DNA from: Desulfobacterales bacterium
GTDB taxonomy: Bacteria > Desulfobacterota > Desulfobacteria > Desulfobacterales > UBA5852
Assembly: GCA_963674755.2 (NCBI GenBank)
Contig: CAXXVS010000002.1
Location: forward strand, 2,432,001 to 2,496,000
Reading direction: 5' to 3'
DNA: 64,000 bases
In this document: one piece after another, positions 20,576 to 28,153 of the stretch
Numbering within the stretch: position 1 is the first letter of the stretch
Layout of the letters: each line of letters opens with the position of its first letter
Translations under genes and position numbers: made by a program
Notes under the pieces: generated by a model
What the model saw: the letters and a program-made list of their open reading frames with translations, nothing else
Told to the model about the DNA's origin: nothing
The model's database searches: none

Positions 20576-20773
20576 ATGGCGACCACTCGAAACAACTATG
20601 TCCGTGTCGAATTGTCCGAGGCCACCATCGCCCGACTCCTGGCCCGGGGCGAACTGTGCGCGGCCGATTTCCGCTGCCCTGACGGCCGGGCCAAGCACTG
20701 CCTCTGGCGCCTGGTTCTGGAGAGCTGCCGGGTTGAATCCCATTGCCGAAGCCGCGCTTCCCGGCGGGTATAG
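20576..20773 (+). CDS. Small Cys-containing hypothetical protein
   Basis: G-rich RBS; VELSEATIARLLARGELCAADFRC...HCLWRLVLESC. Confidence 0.5.
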   Translation: MATTRNNYVRVELSEATIARLLARGELCAADFRCPDGRAKHCLWRLVLESCRVESHCRSRASRRV

Positions 20774-20813
20774 TGCGCCCTGCGACATGTGATGAAACGA
20801 GGAGAAAAGCACG

Positions 20814-21743
20814 ATGCCAAAACTGACACTTCCCCCTGCTGCGCCTGAAGTTTCTCCGAAACCGCCCTTGCCGCCGTATCACAGTCCCCAAAACTCCTGG
20901 TCGCTATGCCTGGAGGAGCTCTGGCTGGTGTGGAACCGCCTGAAGCTGCAAGGAACGGCCACCACCCTGCTGGGCGACCGGGACGGCGGCGATACCTGCC
21001 ACCTGCTGTTTTGCTTCGAAGGCCGTGTCCTGCTGCTGGGGTTCAAGTCCGGCACCGGCAACCCCATGGACATCGAGACCGGCCACTGCGCCCTGGTCTA
21101 CCACCCCCAGGGCTGCCGCTGCATGGCCTGTGCCGGTGAAAACGGGGCCCGGGCGGTCGAAATCCAGTTCTCGCGGCGTACCCTGCTGCGCCTGATCGGT
21201 CCCCACGGCCTGCGCAACCCCCTGATCCGTTCCAAGCATGCCAAGCGTCCCCTCGAAGCCCTGCTCAAAATCACCCCGCACATGGACCGCATTCTGCACC
21301 AGACCGAGGATCTGTTAACCGGTCACGACGCGGATACCCTCTTTCTGACTTCCAAGGCCATGGAACTCATCTGGCTGTTCGACCGCCATTTTCAGCAGCC
21401 CCGCAAGCATGGCGTCAGTCGCCGGGATCAGGAAGCCGTCCATGCCGCCCAATCCATTCTGGAGGATCGCATGACAGCCCCGCCACCCCTTGAAGAGCTG
21501 GCCGGCCAGGTCGGCATGAGCCTCTCCAAACTCAAGCAGGTCTTCCCACGGGTGTGCGGCCGGCCCCCTTATACCTATCTGCGGCAGGCCCGCATGGAGC
21601 GCGCCCTCTACCTGATCCGCAGCACCGATATGAGTGTGATCGATGTGGCCTACGAGGTGGGCTACGCCAGTCCCAGCCAATTTGCACGCGCTTTTGCCGA
21701 TCAGTTCGGTTTCACACCCTCCCAGGCACGTCACACGGCTTAG
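20814..21743 (+). CDS. AraC-family transcriptional regulator (PchR-like)
   Basis: C-terminal PPLEELAGQVGMSLSKLKQVF...RMERA...SVIDVAYEVGYASPSQFARAF. Confidence 0.88.
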   Translation: MPKLTLPPAAPEVSPKPPLPPYHSPQNSWSLCLEELWLVWNRLKLQGTATTLLGDRDGGDTCHLLFCFEGRVLLLGFKSGTGNPMDIETGHCALVYHPQGCRCMACAGENGARAVEIQFSRRTLLRLIGPHGLRNPLIRSKHAKRPLEALLKITPHMDRILHQTEDLLTGHDADTLFLTSKAMELIWLFDRHFQQPRKHGVSRRDQEAVHAAQSILEDRMTAPPPLEELAGQVGMSLSKLKQVFPRVCGRPPYTYLRQARMERALYLIRSTDMSVIDVAYEVGYASPSQFARAFADQFGFTPSQARHTA

Positions 21744-21774
21744 CAGCTTGCTGAGCATGCGCTGCGGTTCCGCA

Positions 21775-21810
21775 GGCCCCGGAAACCTCCTCTGGCTTCC
21801 GGGGCTTTTT
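21775..21810 (+). terminator. Intrinsic terminator after AraC gene
   Basis: GCCCCGGAA..CC / GG..TTCCGGGGC followed by T5. Confidence 0.65.
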
Positions 21811-21825
21811 ATTTGGCTTTTGGGA

Positions 21826-21839
21826 TTAGACAACTCGAA
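21826..21839. promoter_or_regulatory. Degenerate DtxR-type box upstream of the SBP-pilin operon
   Basis: TTAGACAACTCGAA: left half identical to the boxes at 17732 and 18443; right half resembles the TTCG variant seen at 47321. Confidence 0.45.
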
Positions 21840-21950
21840 CATAGATAGAATAAACAACCATCTCGCCGGTCGGAAGCGAGTACAACCGCTTCCTCCCCCG
21901 GCAGGATTCGCCGCTCAACCGGTCACCATCGAACCCTAAAGGAGCAACAC

Positions 21951-22175
21951 TTGCCGTCCCCGCAACCCCGAAGCACAATCGCCATCCCGGACGACCATGA
22001 ACCGATTCTGCGCAAGATTTCCGAACTCTACGAAGACCTGTTCCGCCACGACGGATTCGGCGAACTGCGGGTGACCATGCGGTTTCTAAAAAAGGGACAA
22101 AAAGAGGTGGTCGTGATCTGCGGCAAGGAATTTCGCTTCGTGGTGGACTATCCAGCGAGCATCCGCCGGGGATAG
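21951..22175 (+). CDS. Small hypothetical protein
   Basis: AAGGAG RBS with TTG start; LFRHDGFGELRVTMRFLKKGQKEVVVICGKEFRFVVD. Confidence 0.65.
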   Translation: MPSPQPRSTIAIPDDHEPILRKISELYEDLFRHDGFGELRVTMRFLKKGQKEVVVICGKEFRFVVDYPASIRRG

Positions 22176-22207
22176 GCACCGTTACCCGACAACAAGGAAT
22201 AAATCCC

Positions 22208-23215
22208 ATGCTGAAACAATATCGTTTTCCGGGTCGCCGGCCGCAATTCCCCTCGCCGGTCAGGATCGCAGCCCTGCTCAGCCTCCTGGCAATACTGCTC
22301 CTGCCGGCACCCGACCCCGCCCCGGCGGCTTGCCGGTCCAAGGCGCTGGTAAAGCGCCCCATCGTCGTGATCGGCGAGCCGCTGGCCGCGGTCTGCCTGC
22401 GGTTGAACATCGCTCCCCTGGCCTGGGTGGGTCGCAAGTCCCTCTGGGAGGACGGCGCACGCCTGTCCGCGGCTTCCGAGGCCCTGGGTTGCCCGGGGCG
22501 TCTTTCCGGACCCAAGGGACTGGCCATGATCAAACGCATTCGCGCGTTAGACCCCAAGGCCGTCTATATGACGCATCTCAAGTGCCGCTACCGGCCGGAT
22601 ATCGACTATCGCAAGATTCGCAAAGCCCTGCGCGCCGAGGGGATCGAACCGCGCATCATCGCTTTCGATAACGATCCCATGGCAGCGGTGCAAGAGTTCA
22701 GCGTAGCCCTTGACCGCGCGGCCGACGGCGAGAAGCTTGCCGCGAATTATGAAAAGGCCTTCCAGCGGGCCCGCACACGGTTGGCTGCCGTTCCCAAAGG
22801 CCTGCGCGTGGCCGTGGTGTCCGGCACCTTTCAGACGGCCACGGGCAAATGCTTCACCCGGCTGGAGGCGGCCGGCGGCTACAGCGACGCCTTTGTGCTG
22901 AAAGCCGCCGGGGCCGTCAACGTGGCGGCCGACATCGTGCAGAACAGCGACAAGATCGACAAGGGGCATCTCGTCCTGCGGCGGCTGGACCGGGTCCTGG
23001 CGGCCCGGCCGGATGTGATCGCCGCCACCGGGGATGCCCTCCCCGTTGCGGTGAAGGTCGCCGGCGCCCTCAGGCGTTCCGCCTCCCAGGAAGCGGCCCC
23101 GGCGGTTTTTGCCCTGCCCCTCTATGTGGGGGCCGATCCCCTGGCCTATCCCGATGTGCTCACCCGCTGGGCGGTAGCCCTCGAAGCCGCCGCCGCGGTC
23201 GGAGATCAGAAATAA
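22208..23215 (+). CDS. Periplasmic substrate-binding protein, Fe-chelate/B12-binding-like
   Basis: Signal peptide; IVVIG...L.I.P; LKAAGAVNVA; VLAARPDVI pattern typical of helical-backbone metal receptors. Confidence 0.6.
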   Translation: MLKQYRFPGRRPQFPSPVRIAALLSLLAILLLPAPDPAPAACRSKALVKRPIVVIGEPLAAVCLRLNIAPLAWVGRKSLWEDGARLSAASEALGCPGRLSGPKGLAMIKRIRALDPKAVYMTHLKCRYRPDIDYRKIRKALRAEGIEPRIIAFDNDPMAAVQEFSVALDRAADGEKLAANYEKAFQRARTRLAAVPKGLRVAVVSGTFQTATGKCFTRLEAAGGYSDAFVLKAAGAVNVAADIVQNSDKIDKGHLVLRRLDRVLAARPDVIAATGDALPVAVKVAGALRRSASQEAAPAVFALPLYVGADPLAYPDVLTRWAVALEAAAAVGDQK

Positions 23216-23252
23216 GCATAAGGCATTGATGCCCTGGCGCTGAACAAGTGCC

Positions 23253-23276
23253 GCGCAGACCCTGGGGGTGGGTTGC
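23253..23276 (+). promoter_or_regulatory. Pilin-leader hairpin, copy 1
   Basis: GCGCAGACCCTGGGGGTGGGTTGC, 21/24 identical to 24688-24711, ending 44 nt before the ATG. Confidence 0.55.
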
Positions 23277-23320
23277 AGACACAAATAAACACCAACCCTT
23301 TCTATCCGGGAGGCATTGTC

Positions 23321-24454
23321 ATGAAACACCGAAAATGTATCTTTACGACGAACGGCTTCACCCTGCTCGAAATCCTGGTGGTGTTGACGGTCATGGGCTT
23401 TCTCATCGCCATGGTGGCCCCCCGCCTGGCCGGCCTTACCAATGATGCCAGCGGCACGGTCTGCGACACCAACAAGGGCCGAGCCCGCACCTATGTGGCG
23501 GCCTTCTACGAGAAATATGACCGTTATCCCAACGGACTCACCAATCTGGTCATGACCGACGGCACGGACCTGGCCGCCGCCAACGCCTCGGATGACGGCT
23601 ACCAGATCCCCTACTGCTCGGACGACGATCCGGAAAACGGCCCTGAAGTACTCGCCAAGGGTCACAACAAGCTCTACAAGTTCGTAATCCATCGTCTCAG
23701 TCAGGAGGAAGCCGACGAACTCAAAAGCCTGGGCCTCACCCAAGTTTACAACCTCAATGACTACGCTGCCGATGCTCCCGACCTGAACGGCGCCGCGGCC
23801 AACGGCCGTCACAACGCGGCCACAGCCTCGGACGGCGCCCGGGTCAGCAATTGGGGCAACGTCAACGCGGTCAGCGACCAGCGGCCCTCCATGGAATCCT
23901 GCACGCTTGAACAGGGTGTCGGGGTGGCCATGTGCGGCTGTGGCATCGGAGCGGTGGGCGGCACTGCCTTCACCTACGTGCAGGCGGAACGCGGGTGGGC
24001 CGAAGAAGATATCTTCGGCCGCATGGTTTTCGGTCTGGGGCCGGAATCGGAGCTGGTCACCTCGGGCATCGTCACCAACGCGGCCCACTGCCCGGGCTCC
24101 ATCCAGAACGCTGATAACTTCACCTGGGGCGGTTACTACCTGATCCTGCCGCGGCTGGAAGCCACGGTGGACCGCCTGGAAACGGCCACCTATGCCGGCT
24201 TGTGGGGCAGCGGCAGCCTCAACTACACGGCCCTGTCGTCAGACGATCTGGAGGCGGTCTCCTGGCCCAAGGGCGGAACCACGCCTTCCACCAATTATGG
24301 CATCACGGCCAACGCCGACCATTTCAAGGTGCGCAACGGCCTAGGGCTGGGGGATGCCATGGCCGTCTGGGATTTCGATACCAACCGCCAGCGCTATGAC
24401 GAGATCTGGGGTATCGACATCATGAACGCCAACCACGTGCTCAACGGCGGCTGA
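23321..24454 (+). CDS. Large type IV pilin-like protein 1 (377 aa)
   Basis: Class III signal NG|FTLLEILVVLTVMGFLIAMVAP; GGAGG RBS. Confidence 0.9.
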   Translation: MKHRKCIFTTNGFTLLEILVVLTVMGFLIAMVAPRLAGLTNDASGTVCDTNKGRARTYVAAFYEKYDRYPNGLTNLVMTDGTDLAAANASDDGYQIPYCSDDDPENGPEVLAKGHNKLYKFVIHRLSQEEADELKSLGLTQVYNLNDYAADAPDLNGAAANGRHNAATASDGARVSNWGNVNAVSDQRPSMESCTLEQGVGVAMCGCGIGAVGGTAFTYVQAERGWAEEDIFGRMVFGLGPESELVTSGIVTNAAHCPGSIQNADNFTWGGYYLILPRLEATVDRLETATYAGLWGSGSLNYTALSSDDLEAVSWPKGGTTPSTNYGITANADHFKVRNGLGLGDAMAVWDFDTNRQRYDEIWGIDIMNANHVLNGG

Positions 24455-24579
24455 CGGAAGGCCGCCCGTTTATAAAAAACAGTCGGCCCACGGAAAGGAG
24501 GTGATGGCCGGAAACCGAACCCAACGGGCCGCCCGGGGCGGTCCGCCTGTCACGGCAGGGCGCCGGAAGGAAACCTTGC

Positions 24580-24657
24580 ATTTCGCCAAAGCCAAACCCC
24601 GGGCAACCGGGGGACGGAAAGCCGCGGGTCCCGCGGGGACGGCCGGGCTGCCGGAAT
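24580..24657 (+). ncRNA. GEMM-I (c-di-GMP-I class) cyclic dinucleotide riboswitch
   Basis: AAAGCCAAACC-CCGG-GCAA-CCGG-GGGACGGAAAGCC-GCGGGTC-CCGCGGG-GACGGCCGGGCTGCCG, with P1 ATTTCG/CGGAAT. Confidence 0.88.
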
Positions 24658-24687
24658 CTCTGACAATCTGTATTTCAACCGCCTGCG

Positions 24688-24711
24688 GCGCAGACCCTGT
24701 GGCGGGGTTGC
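24688..24711 (+). promoter_or_regulatory. Pilin-leader hairpin, copy 2
   Basis: GCGCAGACCCTGTGGCGGGGTTGC, ending 43 nt before the ATG. Confidence 0.55.
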
Positions 24712-24754
24712 CGCTGCGCAAGACCATTTTTTCTACTTTAAAGGAGAGACTGCA

Positions 24755-25861
24755 ATGCAACGCCACACCAACCGTATGACCCGCAACCAAGGTTTTACCC
24801 TGCTCGAAATCCTGGTGGTCCTCACCATCATGGGTTTCCTCATCGCCATGGTGGCCCCGCGTCTGGCCGGCATCTCCAGTGAAGCCGTGGACACGGTATG
24901 CGACACCAACCAGAACCGCACCATCACGATGGTGGCCGCTTATTTTGAAAGAACCGGCAAGTTCCCCAACAAGCTGACCAACCTTGTTGCGGTGGAGGGT
25001 ACCGATTGGGATGACGCAACTTACTATACCCCGAGCGTCAGCGATGGCGACCCGGATAATGGCCAGGAAACCCTGGCCGCGGAATTCGGCGAGCGCGTCC
25101 ATCCGATGATCCACTACCTGAGCGCGGACGAAGCCCAGGAACTGGCCGACATGGGCATCAAAAAACTGTTCAACCTCAACGCCTATGACAACTTCACCAC
25201 CGACGGAACCGACCACGGCCCGGATGGAACAACGCCTATTGCCGATGCCAACCAAGGCAACCCCATGGAAGAAGTCACCCCGGATGATGTGGATTATACG
25301 ACGGGACAATTTGCCGTCATGATGTCCGGCATGGGCGTCGATTCCGCTGGCGCTTGGCAGACGGAAACCCTTACCGGCTTTGGCGAAGCCCAATTCCTAG
25401 GCCGTATCGTCCTTGGTTTCGGTCCGGAAAACGGTCTGGTCACGTCCGGTATCGTCACCAACGCGGCCCATTGCCCCGGTGGTCTGCAGAATTCCGACAA
25501 CATCACCTACAACGACTACAACCTGATCGTGCCCCGGCTGCAATCCACGGTAGATCGTTTGGACGAAACCACTCCTGAGATCACGGACCTGGCGACCTCA
25601 ATCACCGGCATCCAGTACGCGGCCTATGGGTACACCGAAAATTTTGACACGAGTAGCGGTATTACGGCGGCCACGTTTGATACCGACGGTACCGTTCTCA
25701 CCTCACCGACCGGCATAAAAACCAGGTTGATGACCTTTGGTGCCCAGGAAAACTACGAGTACTCCACCATGTGCCCCGAGGGTCATATGTATCCGGCTGA
25801 CGATTCCGATTTCTGGGCAGTCAATCCGGACAACGCTAGTTTTGTCGCTACGGACTTCTGA
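24755..25861 (+). CDS. Large acidic type IV pilin-like protein 2 (368 aa; candidate major pilin)
   Basis: QG|FTLLEILVVLTIMGFLIAMVAP; AAGGAG RBS; paralog of pilin 1 (shared TVCDTN, LTNLV, LVTSGIVTNAAHCPG, PRL..TVDRL). Confidence 0.9.
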   Translation: MQRHTNRMTRNQGFTLLEILVVLTIMGFLIAMVAPRLAGISSEAVDTVCDTNQNRTITMVAAYFERTGKFPNKLTNLVAVEGTDWDDATYYTPSVSDGDPDNGQETLAAEFGERVHPMIHYLSADEAQELADMGIKKLFNLNAYDNFTTDGTDHGPDGTTPIADANQGNPMEEVTPDDVDYTTGQFAVMMSGMGVDSAGAWQTETLTGFGEAQFLGRIVLGFGPENGLVTSGIVTNAAHCPGGLQNSDNITYNDYNLIVPRLQSTVDRLDETTPEITDLATSITGIQYAAYGYTENFDTSSGITAATFDTDGTVLTSPTGIKTRLMTFGAQENYEYSTMCPEGHMYPADDSDFWAVNPDNASFVATDF

Positions 25862-25896
25862 TAAAGAATCCTGAAAGACCTTAACAGGAGCGTATC

Positions 25897-25920
25897 AGCG
25901 GGGAGGGCAACCTCCCCGCT
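25897..25920 (+). terminator. Perfect 10-bp hairpin with GCAA tetraloop after pilin 2 (mRNA stabiliser or leaky terminator)
   Basis: AGCGGGGAGG-GCAA-CCTCCCCGCT; no immediate T-run. Confidence 0.6.
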
Positions 25921-26013
25921 CTCAACTTTTAGATAAAACAGATCCGATCCGCCGCTCAGCACTTTCACCGTTTCCTAGCAGAGCACGGGAACGAGAGGTA
26001 ACCAACAAACCAA

Positions 26014-28083
26014 TTGAAACAATCCGCCAATAAAACGCACCCCCAATCCGCCTTCACCCTCCTCGAAGTGCTCATCGTGCTCTTTATCCTGGGGATGATC
26101 GCCGCCATGGCCGGGCCGGCCATGGGCATCCTGGACGATGCCCAGCGGGCACGCATCACCCGGGAGCGCATGGCGGCCGTCCGGCGGGCCATCCTGGGAC
26201 CGGACGACCGTTTTGATACCCACGGCCGGCCCCTCATCGGCGGTTATGCAGGCGACATGCAGGCCTGGCCCGATTTGTGGGAAGCGCGGGCCGAGATCAA
26301 ACCCGATTTTACCGGCAGCGGCTGGGACACCCCCTCTTCCCTGACCGCCGGCCTGGGACAGGGGCCGGACTACACAGTGGATCCCGGCCATGTCTTCTTT
26401 CGTCCGTCCGGGCATTTCACCAAGAGCCGCTGGCACTGGAACATTCCGTATCGCCGGCTCTACGACGATACGACGACTGACAGCGACCACATCGGCGGTC
26501 TGGCCACGGAGAACGAGGGCCAGCCCCGGGGGCTGTGGACCCGCTTTCCCGAGGAGCTGAACGTGGACCTCACCGATCATGCGGCCCCGGGCCTGGACCT
26601 GGGCGAGAACTGGAAAGGGCCCTATATCGCCCCGCCCCTGAGAGACAACCCCTCGGACAGCGACCACTGGGCCGAAAACGATGGCATGTACGATAACCTG
26701 GCGCCGGCCTGGCAAACTTCGGGTGCCCATGCCGGCTACGAAACCTGGGAGGAGGGCGACTACGCTCCCGCCGGCGAACTGGGCGAGCTTTTCGACGACA
26801 AAGAGGCCTTCCGCCTGCTCCAGACCGAAGGCCGGCTGACCGACGGCTGGGGCCGGGCCCTGCGCTTTTTCATCACCGACGATGCGGACCACGCCGGGAG
26901 CACGGTCTTCTGGATTCTCTCCGAGGGGCCCGACGGCGATGGGCGCTACCCCACTAAAGGCTCGTGCAGCGGCCATGTCTGGACCGTGGACGCCGCCGAC
27001 ACCATGGCCACGGCCTATGATCCGGACGCCGACAAGAACCAGGACAACATCGTACTCAAGCTTTTCTCCCGCGACTGGGAAGCGATCTTCGAAGAGGAGA
27101 CCCGCCGCCGGGAAGCGCTCACCGACGCCATTTTGGAGCACATCCGCCGGGCCCTGGCCGGAGAGAGCCCCGGCGGCCTCAACAGCGGCTACACCGGGGC
27201 TTTTTGCGCCTGGCCGGCCCTGTTCCGCTGGGAGGACAACGGCACGCCGGACGATGAGACGGACGACCATTGGGACAATGCCGACGATGCCGACATAGCC
27301 TACACCAAGGGCCAGCCCCGGGGGTTGTGGACCGCCACCCCCAACACGGACGACACGGACGATGACCTGGCCGCCTCCCGGTGGGGCATCGGCTGGCGCC
27401 ATGCCTGCCTTACCCGCCCGGGGGGCGTAGGTGAGGAAGAATCTGTACGGGATGCCTGGGGCCGGGAAATCCTCTTTTTCCACGATGCGGCCAACGGCCT
27501 GCTGCTGGTGCTCTCCCGGGGCGCGGACGGCGGCTTTGATTTCGGCACCACCAATGCGGCCCGGACCGAACCCGAGGATTTTGTCGAAGTGGTAGATGTG
27601 ACCGGCTACGACCCCACCACGGTCGTCAATGCCGACAACCGCTATGCCGTGATCGCCGAAAACGACTGGCAGCCCGGGTTTTTCCGGCTGTCGGGCTTCA
27701 CGGTCCTGAACGCCTACCTGGGCGATGTCGCCTACGGCACCACCAAGGCCTGCTTTTTCCGGTCCGACGGCACCCCTGTGGCCGACATCGACCTACTGGC
27801 GCCCACCGCTCTTACCGACGAGGACGGCGACCTGGTGGCGGACGACTGGTCCCGGGGGGACGGCACGGCTGCCGATCCGGCTTTCAATTATGACGACACG
27901 ACACCCCAGACCGCTCTTTCCGGGGCCCGCTATCTGGTGTTCTGGAACGATGCGGACGGCAGCGACACCATCGACAGCGGCGAAGACTTTACCGCGCTGA
28001 TTTACACGGTAACGGCCTCGGCCGGCAGCGGCCAGTATGAACCGGTGCAGGTGGACACGGCCGATTTCCAGCCGCTGCCCTGA
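26014..28083 (+). CDS. Giant acidic pilin-like protein (689 aa) with two GspG-like modules
   Basis: SA|FTLLEVLIVLFILGMIAAMAGP; duplicated GQPRGLWT, D(G/A)WGR and S.G.DG motifs; WKGPY; Asp-rich. Confidence 0.85.
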   Translation: MKQSANKTHPQSAFTLLEVLIVLFILGMIAAMAGPAMGILDDAQRARITRERMAAVRRAILGPDDRFDTHGRPLIGGYAGDMQAWPDLWEARAEIKPDFTGSGWDTPSSLTAGLGQGPDYTVDPGHVFFRPSGHFTKSRWHWNIPYRRLYDDTTTDSDHIGGLATENEGQPRGLWTRFPEELNVDLTDHAAPGLDLGENWKGPYIAPPLRDNPSDSDHWAENDGMYDNLAPAWQTSGAHAGYETWEEGDYAPAGELGELFDDKEAFRLLQTEGRLTDGWGRALRFFITDDADHAGSTVFWILSEGPDGDGRYPTKGSCSGHVWTVDAADTMATAYDPDADKNQDNIVLKLFSRDWEAIFEEETRRREALTDAILEHIRRALAGESPGGLNSGYTGAFCAWPALFRWEDNGTPDDETDDHWDNADDADIAYTKGQPRGLWTATPNTDDTDDDLAASRWGIGWRHACLTRPGGVGEEESVRDAWGREILFFHDAANGLLLVLSRGADGGFDFGTTNAARTEPEDFVEVVDVTGYDPTTVVNADNRYAVIAENDWQPGFFRLSGFTVLNAYLGDVAYGTTKACFFRSDGTPVADIDLLAPTALTDEDGDLVADDWSRGDGTAADPAFNYDDTTPQTALSGARYLVFWNDADGSDTIDSGEDFTALIYTVTASAGSGQYEPVQVDTADFQPLP

Positions 28084-28153
28084 ACCGCTGAGGGAGCAGG
28101 CGCATGTTGGACGAATGGACGCGAATGGATTCTGTGCATTGAAAATCGAACGC

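Noticed and set aside
24560..24580. Sigma54 promoter before the riboswitch (GG...TTGCA)
   Set aside because: GG-to-GC spacing is 11 nt rather than the required 10
23321..28083. Geobacter-type short conductive e-pilin or nanowire locus
   Set aside because: Pilins are 368-689 aa, and no multiheme cytochromes (repeated CxxCH) occur in the cluster
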